Positions 10,482 through 19,764 of a DNA stretch of 64,000 nt are shown piece after piece. This stretch comes from Planctomycetota bacterium (GTDB taxonomy: Bacteria; Planctomycetota; UBA1135; UBA2386): NCBI GenBank assembly GCA_965228735.1, contig OZ245838.1, positions 512,001 to 576,000 on the forward strand, given 5' to 3'. Both the position numbers and the translations under genes were made by a program. Numbering within the stretch: position 1 is the stretch's first letter; each line of letters opens with the position of its first letter. The notes beneath the pieces were generated by a model that saw only the letters and a program-made list of their open reading frames with translations, ran no database searches and had not been told where the DNA came from.

Positions 10482-10823
10482 ATGATTCACATAGTGCGTG
10501 GCGTGCGTGGCGCGGTCGTCTTCGGTATCGCGGCGGTCGTTCTCACGGGTTGTTGTTCAGTTGCCGACGCGGATGCGTCGGGAAAGACCGCGGTTTGCCA
10601 GGAGTGCTTCGACGCCGTCAACCGGGCTCGATCGGACCATCCCGCATCCGGGCCCCAGCACAACGAGACTCTTCGGACCTACGATTGCCCGTGCTGCAAG
10701 ACAGAGATGTCCGTCTATGTCGAGCGCGGAGTGCACAAGGTGAGGTGCGGGGGATGTGCTGTCGACGGGGTGGCGTGGGATCGCTGCGAGCCCAGCGAAC
10801 ACGTCGCGGGCCAGCGGCCGTGA
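10482..10823 (+). CDS. Small Cys-rich putative lipoprotein
   Basis: RBS GAGGAG; LTGC lipobox; CQEC, CPCC, CGGC. Confidence 0.7.
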   Translation: MIHIVRGVRGAVVFGIAAVVLTGCCSVADADASGKTAVCQECFDAVNRARSDHPASGPQHNETLRTYDCPCCKTEMSVYVERGVHKVRCGGCAVDGVAWDRCEPSEHVAGQRP

Positions 10824-10898
10824 AGTGTCCCTGATGATCAGAAACCGTGCCGCCGGACGCGCCGGTGTTTCGAACCGTGGAGTCTTGGAGATAGCGAA

Positions 10899-11840
10899 AT
10901 GATCAAGTGCAAGCAGTTGGAAGTCTCTTGGATGGGTCCCGTGTTGGTGGCCGTCCTCTTGTCGTCGACAGTGTCGGCGGCGCCCGTTCCGCCGCAGGAT
11001 CCCGTCGACCACAAGAGCCACGCCGAGCACGTCGCCAAGCAGGAGCCGTCGCTCGCCGAACAGTTGGCGGATCTCAAGGCGAAGGTCGCGAAGCTCGAAG
11101 CCGCCCTGCATCAGAATCACCAGGGGCGGTCGCAGCAGCCGGCCCAGACCGGTGCCGCCGCCGGAGGCATGGCCATGGGCGGCAACCAGCAGGGCATGGG
11201 GGGCATGGGCATGGGCGGCATGATGAAGGGCATGGGCGGCATGGGCATGGGGACGGGCGGCATGATGAAGGGGATGGGCGGCATGGGCGGCATGAACATG
11301 AACGCCACCGGCTCGGTGTCGGGCATGCAGGCCTCTCCCGATGGCTCGAGCATGTCCATGGGCGCAATGGGCGGCATGGGCATGGGCCAGATGAAGCGGA
11401 TGCGCATGATGGGGTCGATGGGGCGCGCGCAGACCCCTGGTCGATCCGCGGTGCTTTCCGCGCTACCGGGTTTCCCCGGCGCGTCGCACATCTACCACAT
11501 CGGGGCGAGCAGCCACTTTCTCGAATACGCCGACGCGTTGGGTCTGTCCCGTGACCAGCACAAGCAGCTGTCCGAACTGCACGAGCGATCGGAGTTGCAG
11601 CAGAACGACCTGGAGCGGGCTCTCGAGCAGCTCGAGCAGGAGCTGTGGGTGCTGACGAGCGAGGGCGAGCCCGACGTCGCCGCAGTCAGCGGAAAGGTGC
11701 GGGAGATCGCCACGAAGAACGCCGAGATGCGCCTCGAGTTCATTCGCAGCGTCGGCGAAGCCGCCAAGGCGCTGACCGACGCGCAGCGCAAGGCACTCGT
11801 CGGTGAATACGAAGCCGGCGCGTCTTCGGACAGCAAATGA
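10899..11840 (+). CDS. Met/Gly-rich periplasmic Spy/CpxP-like heavy-metal protein
   Basis: Signal peptide, long MGGM tract, SALPGFPGASHIYHIGA, LSRDQ...LTDAQR LTxxQ-type motifs. Confidence 0.8.
   Translation: MIKCKQLEVSWMGPVLVAVLLSSTVSAAPVPPQDPVDHKSHAEHVAKQEPSLAEQLADLKAKVAKLEAALHQNHQGRSQQPAQTGAAAGGMAMGGNQQGMGGMGMGGMMKGMGGMGMGTGGMMKGMGGMGGMNMNATGSVSGMQASPDGSSMSMGAMGGMGMGQMKRMRMMGSMGRAQTPGRSAVLSALPGFPGASHIYHIGASSHFLEYADALGLSRDQHKQLSELHERSELQQNDLERALEQLEQELWVLTSEGEPDVAAVSGKVREIATKNAEMRLEFIRSVGEAAKALTDAQRKALVGEYEAGASSDSK
11166..11420 (+). repeat. Coding low-complexity GGCATG repeats (Met-Gly tract)
   Basis: Many ggcatg(ggc) units. Confidence 0.8.
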
Positions 11841-13684
11841 AGCCGGCGCGTCGAGGCTCGTCGGCGATCACGCGCGGTCCGTTCCTTCTGGCTCTCGTGT
11901 GTGGCCTCGTCATGGCGTCATCGGCTGCCGTGACGGCACAGGTGTCTCCCGAAGAGCACGCCAGGCACCATCCGGGACAGCAGGGTGAGGGCGCAGGGGC
12001 AGCAAAGCCGTCCGGCGATGCGGGCGGCATGATGGGCGGCATGGGGGAGATGATGAAGAACATGGGCGTGCCGCCGCCCAAGGAGCTCTACCCCTCGCTG
12101 ATGGCGCTGCCCGATCTGCCACTCGAGATGCGCGCAGAGGTTCAGGCCAAGGCGCACGAGCGCATGAAGTCGGGAACTGCCCGGCTGTCCGACGGGCTCG
12201 GTCGCCTCGCTGCCGCCGCTCCGGGAGACGACTGGCAGGCCATGCAGGCGGCCATGGCAACGATTCGAGAGGGTCTTGCAGAGTTCGAGAGCGGCCTCGC
12301 CGCGCATCAGGCCCTGGCGGAGGGCAAGGCGCCGCGCAGCGTCGCGATGCACTGGTTCAAGAGCCAGATGAACCTGCTTCCGCCGGCGTCGTCGCCGGCC
12401 CGAACGGGACCGTTCGGGCTCGGTTGGTTCCACTTCGCGGCCATGCTCGTGCTCGTCGCGTTCACCGCGGCCATGGTCTGGATGTACTTCCACAAGATGC
12501 GGCGTGCGGCCGACCTGGTCGAGAAGCTGACAGCCGGCGCTGCGCTACCGGCGTCGCCGGCGAATGCCGCGGCCACCGGCAACGCAGCCGTTGCGGTCGC
12601 AGCCTCATCTCGGCCGAGCGAGACGGGCACCTCCCCCGAACGATGGTCGGGGCGTCTTGCTGTGTGTCGCGTGTTCGTCGAGACGCCGACGATCAAGACC
12701 TTCCGCCTGGTCTCCGAAGGCGGGGAGGGCGTGCCGTTTCGGTTCTTGCCGGGACAGTTTCTGACCCTGGCGATGCCGATCGGCGGGAAGGTCGTCAAGC
12801 GGTCCTACACGATCGCGTCCTCGCCGACGGTGCAGGGCTACGTCGAGATCACCGTGAAGCGCGAAGAAAACGGCACCGTGTCGAAGCATCTCCACGACCA
12901 CGTGGCTGCGGGTGACATGCTCGACCTCTCGGCGCCGATGGGCAAGTTCTGCTTCGCGGGAGTGGAGGCCCCGAGCATCGTGCTCATTGGAGGTGGGGTC
13001 GGCATCACGCCGCTGATGAGTGTCGTCCGATACCTGACCGACATCGGCTGGCCGGGCCGGATCACGTTGCTTTTCGTGTGTCGTGACCGTCGCGAGTTCG
13101 TCTTTCGCGACGAGCTGACCGCGTTGGAGCGTCGCCACCCCAACCTGAGAGTCGTCCCCAGCCTCACTCGTGAGGCGGGCAAGGGCTGGAAGGGCCTACG
13201 TGGTCGACTCACCCGGCAGATGATCGCGGATGCCGTGCCGGATCTGTCGGGTCAGAGGATCCACGTCTGCGGGCCGCAGCCGATGATGCAGGCCGCCGAG
13301 GAGGCGCTCGTCGAGCTCGGGGTGCCACCCGAGAACATCAGGACCGAGGCCTTCGGCGCCGGGAAGGCGAAGCGAAAGGCCGGATCGCCCGCTTCTGGCG
13401 CGGATGCACCTGACGCGGCGGCTCCGGCTACGGTGTCGTTCGCCCAGTCGGGCAAGGTCGGTCCGATCGGCGAGGACGAAACCATCCTGGACGTCGCCGA
13501 TACCGTCGGCGTCGATATCGAGAACTCCTGCCGTGCCGGCACGTGTGGCTCGTGCAAGGTCCGGCTCGTCGAGGGGTCGGTCGAGATGGAAACGGACGAC
13601 GCGCTCGAGCCGGACGAGAAGGCCAGTGGTTGGGTCCTCGCTTGCCAGGCCAAGACGCATGGGAGCGTGAAGGTCGATGCCTGA
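11837..13684 (+). CDS. Membrane-anchored FAD/NAD(P)-binding oxidoreductase with C-terminal 2Fe-2S ferredoxin
   Basis: RSYTIASSP, GGGVGITP, VCGP, EAFG, CRAGTCGSC...LACQ; N-terminal signal, EEHARHHP and a TM helix. Confidence 0.92.
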   Translation: MKPARRGSSAITRGPFLLALVCGLVMASSAAVTAQVSPEEHARHHPGQQGEGAGAAKPSGDAGGMMGGMGEMMKNMGVPPPKELYPSLMALPDLPLEMRAEVQAKAHERMKSGTARLSDGLGRLAAAAPGDDWQAMQAAMATIREGLAEFESGLAAHQALAEGKAPRSVAMHWFKSQMNLLPPASSPARTGPFGLGWFHFAAMLVLVAFTAAMVWMYFHKMRRAADLVEKLTAGAALPASPANAAATGNAAVAVAASSRPSETGTSPERWSGRLAVCRVFVETPTIKTFRLVSEGGEGVPFRFLPGQFLTLAMPIGGKVVKRSYTIASSPTVQGYVEITVKREENGTVSKHLHDHVAAGDMLDLSAPMGKFCFAGVEAPSIVLIGGGVGITPLMSVVRYLTDIGWPGRITLLFVCRDRREFVFRDELTALERRHPNLRVVPSLTREAGKGWKGLRGRLTRQMIADAVPDLSGQRIHVCGPQPMMQAAEEALVELGVPPENIRTEAFGAGKAKRKAGSPASGADAPDAAAPATVSFAQSGKVGPIGEDETILDVADTVGVDIENSCRAGTCGSCKVRLVEGSVEMETDDALEPDEKASGWVLACQAKTHGSVKVDA

Positions 13685-14465
13685 TTCGCGGAACAGTTCG
13701 GCGGCACAGGAGCGCGAGAGCACGGTCGTCGGCGGCCTCGTGCTGCTGATGCTGGTGCTCTGGCTCGGGTTTCTGCTGCATCGCGCGCCCGAGTTCCCGG
13801 GCAGCGGGGTTGGTCACGCCCTCGGGGTCGTGGGCGCGCTGCTGATGCTCGTTCCGCTCGCCTACGTCGTCGTCAAGCGGGTGCCAAGGCTCCGCAAGTC
13901 GGTGACGAAGCGGTTCCCGATGCGCACCCTGCTCGCATGGCACATCTATGCGGGGGTTCTCGGGCCCGTGCTCGTGCTATTGCACACCGGCCACCGCTTC
14001 GAGAGTCCGCTGGCGATCGCGCTCACCGCGCTGACGATCATCGTCGTCTTGAGTGGCTATGTCGGGCGTTACCTGATGCGGAACATCAACGCCGAGCTGC
14101 GGGAGAAGCGGCAGCAGCTGGAGGCGATCGAGGCGGAATACGAACGGATGCGGCAGGTGCTCGCGACGGCGAGCGGTGCTTCCACCGTCCTGGCGCAGAA
14201 TCGCTCCGTTTGGCGTCGAATCGTGGCCGCGTTCTTCGTCCGTGACGCGGCCCAGGACCCCGTCCTCGCGGCGATGGTGCCGCGAGCGCTGCGTCTGGTG
14301 GAGTCGCGTGCCGACCTCGAGTACGCGGTCGGCACGCACGAGCGCTTCAAGCGTTGGTTCGGAGTCTGGCTCCGGTGGCACATCGTGCTGAGCTTCGGGT
14401 TGTATGTGCTGCTCGGACTGCACGTCTGGGCGGTCATCTACTTCGGCCTGCGGTGGCTGTCGTGA
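13677..14465 (+). CDS. Polytopic membrane protein, cytochrome b / ferric-reductase-like
   Basis: About 5 TM helices; two H-x13-H pairs (WHIYAG...LLH and WHIVLS...GLH). Confidence 0.7.
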   Translation: MPDSRNSSAAQERESTVVGGLVLLMLVLWLGFLLHRAPEFPGSGVGHALGVVGALLMLVPLAYVVVKRVPRLRKSVTKRFPMRTLLAWHIYAGVLGPVLVLLHTGHRFESPLAIALTALTIIVVLSGYVGRYLMRNINAELREKRQQLEAIEAEYERMRQVLATASGASTVLAQNRSVWRRIVAAFFVRDAAQDPVLAAMVPRALRLVESRADLEYAVGTHERFKRWFGVWLRWHIVLSFGLYVLLGLHVWAVIYFGLRWLS

Positions 14466-15238
14466 GTCGCCGCGCGACCTGGGGCTGGATTCTGGTCGCT
14501 GGCGCGGTCTTCGTCGGTGCGTTGGCACTCGAGCCGCGTCTGCGCCAGAGCTCGTTGTGGCTGCAGATGGCGAGCCCCGGAGACCTGTCCGCCGCGCACG
14601 CCGACCTCGCCGGCGACTGCGCGGCGTGTCATTCCCCGGTTGAAGGGGTGACAGCGGCCAGGTGCATCGTCTGTCACGCCAACAACGAGCGGCTCCTGCA
14701 GAGCCAGCCGACGGCGTTTCATGCCGCGGTGTCGAGCTGCAGCGAGTGTCACCCCGAGCATCGCGGCGGTGGGGCGCTGGCGACGTCGATGGATCACGAG
14801 GCGCTGGCCACGATCGGCCTGCGGGAGCTGGAGCGTCACCCGGATCCCGAGCGACAACAGTTCGCCCGGTCCATTCGTCACGTCACGCTCGAAGGTAGCG
14901 ACGATGTTCACCCTGGCCTGACGCCGGTCGAGGGGGCGCTCGACTGCAGTTCCTGTCACACCACGTCGGATCCTCATCTCGGTCTTTTCGGTTCCGGCTG
15001 CGCGGCGTGCCACGAAACGCGTTCGTGGTCGATCTCCGAGTTTCGACATCCGTCCGCGGGGTCACGCGACTGTGCGCACTGCCATCAGGCGCCGCCGAGC
15101 CACTACATGATGCACTTCAAGATGATCTCCGCGAAGGTCGCGCGCAAACCGCACGCCCGCGTCGAACAGTGCTACGAGTGCCATCGGATCACCTCGTGGA
15201 ACGACATTCCCGGCATCGGCCACTACAAGCATCACTGA
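14462..15238 (+). CDS. Heptaheme cytochrome c (class III-like)
   Basis: Seven CxxCH motifs (CAACH, CIVCH, CSECH, CSSCH, CAACH, CAHCH, CYECH); N-terminal anchor; GTGA overlap. Confidence 0.92.
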   Translation: MSRRATWGWILVAGAVFVGALALEPRLRQSSLWLQMASPGDLSAAHADLAGDCAACHSPVEGVTAARCIVCHANNERLLQSQPTAFHAAVSSCSECHPEHRGGGALATSMDHEALATIGLRELERHPDPERQQFARSIRHVTLEGSDDVHPGLTPVEGALDCSSCHTTSDPHLGLFGSGCAACHETRSWSISEFRHPSAGSRDCAHCHQAPPSHYMMHFKMISAKVARKPHARVEQCYECHRITSWNDIPGIGHYKHH

Positions 15239-15251
15239 GCAGGAGGCGCGG

Positions 15252-16052
15252 ATGACACGACGTGACGTATCCACGAACCCTGTTTCAGACAGTGGTGCGC
15301 CGTGCGAGTTCGGGCACGCGAAGTGGGGTAAGCGTTCGCCGCACGTCGGCGAGACTCGGTTTCTGCTCGGAGCGGGAGGCCGGCTCGCAGACCTGATGCG
15401 CGTCGCTCGGATCAGCGTCGAGTTCGTGCGCGGCTTTCGCGCGTTCCGCGGGCTGCCTCCGACCGTGACCGTGTTCGGTTCGGCACGGTTCGGCGAGGGG
15501 GATCCACATTACGAGATGGCTCGCGATCTCGGGCGCCAGCTGGCCGAGCACGGGTTTGCGGTCATGACCGGCGGCGGCCCCGGGATGATGGAGGCGGCCA
15601 ATCGCGGCGCGGCCGAGGCCGGCGGGACGTCCGTGGGCTGCAACATCGTCCTGCCGAAGGAGCAAGAGCCCAACGGGTACGTCCAGCGCTGGACCGAGTT
15701 CCGCTACTTCTTCGTGCGCAAGGTGATGCTGCTGAAGTACAGCTGCGGATTCGTCGCTCTGCCCGGTGGCTACGGCACGCTCGATGAGATCTTCGAGACG
15801 GCGACGCTGATCCAGACCGAGAAGGTGCGTGACTTCCCGGTCGTGCTGATGGGGCGGGACTACTGGGAGCCGTTGCGGGAGTTCCTGGCCGAGCGCCTGC
15901 TGGCACGGGGGGCCATTGAAGGCCTCGACCTCGACCGCCTGACGATTACCGACGATGTGGCGGCCGCCGTGCAGTGCCTGCGCCAATGTGCCGAGCGCAG
16001 GTTCGGCATCGCCATTCCCGCCGCCGTGAAAGCGGGCGAGGTGCATCGATGA
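15252..16052 (+). CDS. LOG family protein (TIGR00730-like)
   Basis: VFGSAR, TGGGPG, MEAANRG, PGGYGTLDE. Confidence 0.92.
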   Translation: MTRRDVSTNPVSDSGAPCEFGHAKWGKRSPHVGETRFLLGAGGRLADLMRVARISVEFVRGFRAFRGLPPTVTVFGSARFGEGDPHYEMARDLGRQLAEHGFAVMTGGGPGMMEAANRGAAEAGGTSVGCNIVLPKEQEPNGYVQRWTEFRYFFVRKVMLLKYSCGFVALPGGYGTLDEIFETATLIQTEKVRDFPVVLMGRDYWEPLREFLAERLLARGAIEGLDLDRLTITDDVAAAVQCLRQCAERRFGIAIPAAVKAGEVHR

Positions 16053-17410
16053 AGGTGCACTTCCTCGGTGCTGCCGGGACCGTCACGGGCTCGAAGTATC
16101 TCGTCGAGTGCCGAGACGGGACCAGAGTGCTCGTCGACTGTGGTCTCTTCCAGGGACCGAAGCGTTTGCGAGAGCGCAACTGGGCCGGGTTTCCGGTGCC
16201 GCCGGGCGAGATCGACGCGGTCCTGCTCACGCATGCGCATATCGATCACACCGGCTACCTTCCCGCGCTCGTCAAGCAGGGGTTCGGCGGCGACGTGTTC
16301 TGCACCGCAGCGACACGCGATCTGGCCGGGATCCTGCTACCGGACTGCGGCCACATCCAACAGGAGGACGCGAAACACGCCAACAAGTGGGGCTACTCGC
16401 GACACAAGGTCGCGTTGCCGCTCTTCACGCGAGCAGACGCGGAGGCGTGCCTACCTCGGCTGCAACCGGTCGCCTACAACGCAAGGTTGCAGCTGACGCC
16501 CCGCCTCTCGGTGACGTTCCATCCTGCGGGTCACATCCTCGGGTCCGCGTTCCTCGTTCTAGAGGACGAAGCGACCCGGCTTTTGTTCAGCGGCGATGTC
16601 GGACGGCAGAACGACGTCATGATGCGCCCTCCGAGTGCGATTCCGGCAGCCGACTACATCGTGTGCGAGTCGACCTACGGAAACCGCCTGCACGAGGACG
16701 CCGATGGCGAGGAGAAGCTCGGCGATGTGATTCGCCGCACCATGGGGCGCGGCGGCAGCGTGGTGATTCCCGCGTTCGCCGTCGGCCGCACGCAGGCGCT
16801 GTTGTTCATGCTGTCCGAGCTGCGGCGCAAGGACCGGATTCCCCGGATGCCGGTGTTCCTCGACAGTCCGATGGCGATCGATACGAGCGAGATCTACTGC
16901 CGGCACAGGGCGGAGCATCGGCTCGACGAGCCATCATGCCGAGCGGCCTGCACGGTGGCGGAGCGGTTGCGTACCCCGGCCGAATCGATGCGACTGAACT
17001 CGATCGCCATCCCCCACGTCGTTCTGTCAGCGAGCGGGATGGCAACGGGAGGTCGGGTCGTTCACCACCTGAAACGGTTGCTCCCTGATGAGCGCAACAC
17101 CGTTCTGTTGGCCGGCTATCAAGCTGCCGCGACTCGGGGCCGCAAGCTCGCGGAGGGCGCGCCGAGCGTTCGAATTCACGGTTCGGAGATCCCCGTCCGA
17201 GCGAACGTCGAATCGCTCGACCACCTGTCCGCGCATGCCGATCGCGCCGAGCTCGTGACCTGGCTGCGCACGGCTCCTGGCCCGCCGCGAAGTCTGCTCG
17301 TCACTCACGGTGAAGCCGAGGCCGCACAGGCGTTCTCGGAGCACGTCAGTAGCGAACTCGGATGGACGACGAGGGTGCCCTCGGATGGAGAAGTCATCGA
17401 TCTCAGCTGA
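16049..17410 (+). CDS. MBL-fold beta-CASP metallo-hydrolase (RNA-processing type)
   Basis: GAAGTVTGS, THAHIDH, GHILGS, ESTYG, SAHAD, HGE. Confidence 0.93.
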   Translation: MKVHFLGAAGTVTGSKYLVECRDGTRVLVDCGLFQGPKRLRERNWAGFPVPPGEIDAVLLTHAHIDHTGYLPALVKQGFGGDVFCTAATRDLAGILLPDCGHIQQEDAKHANKWGYSRHKVALPLFTRADAEACLPRLQPVAYNARLQLTPRLSVTFHPAGHILGSAFLVLEDEATRLLFSGDVGRQNDVMMRPPSAIPAADYIVCESTYGNRLHEDADGEEKLGDVIRRTMGRGGSVVIPAFAVGRTQALLFMLSELRRKDRIPRMPVFLDSPMAIDTSEIYCRHRAEHRLDEPSCRAACTVAERLRTPAESMRLNSIAIPHVVLSASGMATGGRVVHHLKRLLPDERNTVLLAGYQAAATRGRKLAEGAPSVRIHGSEIPVRANVESLDHLSAHADRAELVTWLRTAPGPPRSLLVTHGEAEAAQAFSEHVSSELGWTTRVPSDGEVIDLS

Positions 17411-17879
17411 CGCGAGCAAGGACCACCGAAGCCCGTTCGAGCTGCGTGTTCGCGCACCTGAGGGGTTGCTCTTCCGTGGTCCGATCGTGGCCCTGCGCAT
17501 ACCGGTTGCCGATGGGTACACCGGAGTGCTCGCGAATCATGCGCCGTTGATCGCATCCCTGAGCTGCGGCGTGATGCAGGTGGTGCATCCTGGCGGTCAG
17601 ACGGAGAGGATGGCGATCGGAGAGGGATTCGCCGAGGTTGCCCGCAACCGTGTGCGTCTCGTCGTGCACTTCCTGGATTTCCCGGATGGCATCGATCGCG
17701 AGCGTGCGCATCGGGCGATGGGGCGGGCGTTGTCGCGCCTTCGCCGCGAGACGGAGGAGGAAAGTCTGGATCTGGTCCGGGCCGAGGCGGCGCTCTGTCG
17801 CTCGATCGCTCGGATGTCCGCTTGCGGTTGCGGTTGTGCGATGTGCGGCTCCGCGGCTGGGGTGCCATTACGGCGATGA
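17385..17879 (+). CDS. atpC: F1 ATP synthase epsilon subunit homologue (orphan)
   Basis: GYTGVLANHAPLI, GFAEV, IDRERA, AEAAL.R.IAR; extra CGCGCAMC tail. Confidence 0.82.
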   Translation: MEKSSISADASKDHRSPFELRVRAPEGLLFRGPIVALRIPVADGYTGVLANHAPLIASLSCGVMQVVHPGGQTERMAIGEGFAEVARNRVRLVVHFLDFPDGIDRERAHRAMGRALSRLRRETEEESLDLVRAEAALCRSIARMSACGCGCAMCGSAAGVPLRR

Positions 17880-17972
17880 TGAACGAGCTGTTCCGTCCTA
17901 CGTCCCAGACGTCGCGAGACTTCGTTCTTCGGCCCGGCCACGTTTCGCGAAGCGAGAGTGGAGAATCACACC

Positions 17973-19718
17973 ATGATCACGAGCTTCCGAGGTGTCCGCG
18001 CGCTCGCCATCTGCGTCGCGGCGTTTGCCGGTCCGATTGCGGCGCAGGTCGTGACCGTGAACCTGACCGCTGCGCCCGGCACCGTGCAGGTGGCGCCGGG
18101 TGTCAACGTCAACGGTTGGTTCTACAACGGCACGCTGCCGGGCCAGCTGCTGCGGATCACGGAGGGGCAGACCCTGCGCGTTCGTTTCCACAACGATCTG
18201 CCGGAGTCGACCGCAGTGCATTGGCACGGGCAGCCGGTCCGGCTCGGCATGGACGGCGTGCCTGGGATCTCGCGGCCCGCGATCGCTCCGGGCCAGGAGT
18301 TCGTCTACGAACTCCCGAATCTCGTGCCGGGCACCTACTGGTATCACACCCACGGGCACGAGCACCAGCTCGACATCGGCCTCGCTGGTGTGTTGATCGT
18401 CGATCCCGCGAACCCGGCGAACGACCCGCAGTTCGACGTCGAGCAGACCATCGTGCTCGATGAATGGAGTAACCCGCTCGGCGGTGGCTTCACGGGCAAC
18501 CTGATCAACGGCCGCAGCTCCCACGGACAGGCTCCCATCGTCGTGCAGCCGGGCCAGCGGTTGCGGTTGCGCGTGATCAATGCCTCTGCGGTGACGAACT
18601 ATGTGTTCGCGCTCGACGGCCACGCGATGACCGTGACTCATGCCGACGGCAACCGCGTGCAGCCGGTCACCGTGCAGTCTGTCCCGATCGGCATCGGCGA
18701 ACGCTACGACGTGATCGTCGACTGCAACAACCCCGGCGTCTGGAGTCTCGCGGCCTCGCGGATCCAGAACCGCAATCAAACCGTCGTTCGCGGCGTGATT
18801 CGCTACGCCGGTCAAGCCCAGCCCGATCCTGCGGCGGGCTACGTCCCCGCCAATCTGTCCTCGGGTTCGCTGCTGTCGTACGCGCAGCTCGCGGCCTACT
18901 TCCCGGTGACGCCGCTCACGTCGACACCGAACCGAACGCTTCCGGTCGTCCTCGGCATGAGCGGCGGTCCGCAGGGCATGCAGCACACGATCAACGGGCA
19001 GGCCTGGCCCAACGAGACGCCGATGCTGGCCGGGTCCGGTGAGCAGGTCCAGATGAACATCACCAACGGCGGAATGATGATGATGTCGGACTACCATCCG
19101 ATGCACATCCATGGCCATTTCTTCCGCCTGATGAACACCGCCGGGGGCACGACTTTCCCGCCGCTCAAGGACACCGTGCTGATTCGGCCCACGTCGCAGG
19201 CTGGCAGCTCGGCGCAGGTGCAGATCACGATGGACAACCCCGGGCGCTGGCTCTTCCACTGCCACAACATGGATCACATGGCGGGCGGCATGATGACCAG
19301 CATCGATTATGTCGGCGACGCCGATCTCGATGGCGTTCCCGACGCGCGCGACTTCGAACCTACACGGGCTACGCCCGTGATGCTGATCTCAGACGAGGCG
19401 GCGGCGTTCGCTCCCGGCGCCACGAATCAGGTGCAGGTGCAGTGGACTCCGGGCGAAGGCTTCGTGCTGTTCGTCGGCTTGTTCGAGCTCGCGACTCCAT
19501 TGCCCGCGCCGCCGTACGGCACGTACGTGATGGATCCCGGCAGCTCGGCGTTCTACGGCGGCGCGGTGACGTCCGCGGCGGGCCTCGCCGGCTTCGGCTA
19601 CACGATCCCGAACGACCCGGGCCTGTCCGGACTGCGCCTGCTGCTGCAGGGTGTCGGCACCACGAATCTCGCAGGTGGCATGCGGCTGTCGACCTGCCAG
19701 GCGTTGTGGGGCCGTTGA
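17973..19718 (+). CDS. Multicopper oxidase with C-terminal extension
   Basis: HWHG, YWYHTH, HPMHIHGH, HCHNMDHMAGGM. Confidence 0.95.
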   Translation: MITSFRGVRALAICVAAFAGPIAAQVVTVNLTAAPGTVQVAPGVNVNGWFYNGTLPGQLLRITEGQTLRVRFHNDLPESTAVHWHGQPVRLGMDGVPGISRPAIAPGQEFVYELPNLVPGTYWYHTHGHEHQLDIGLAGVLIVDPANPANDPQFDVEQTIVLDEWSNPLGGGFTGNLINGRSSHGQAPIVVQPGQRLRLRVINASAVTNYVFALDGHAMTVTHADGNRVQPVTVQSVPIGIGERYDVIVDCNNPGVWSLAASRIQNRNQTVVRGVIRYAGQAQPDPAAGYVPANLSSGSLLSYAQLAAYFPVTPLTSTPNRTLPVVLGMSGGPQGMQHTINGQAWPNETPMLAGSGEQVQMNITNGGMMMMSDYHPMHIHGHFFRLMNTAGGTTFPPLKDTVLIRPTSQAGSSAQVQITMDNPGRWLFHCHNMDHMAGGMMTSIDYVGDADLDGVPDARDFEPTRATPVMLISDEAAAFAPGATNQVQVQWTPGEGFVLFVGLFELATPLPAPPYGTYVMDPGSSAFYGGAVTSAAGLAGFGYTIPNDPGLSGLRLLLQGVGTTNLAGGMRLSTCQALWGR

Positions 19719-19764
19719 CGCAGGCAAGCAGCCTGGCCGGATTCGTCGCGAGCAGCGCGAGGGC

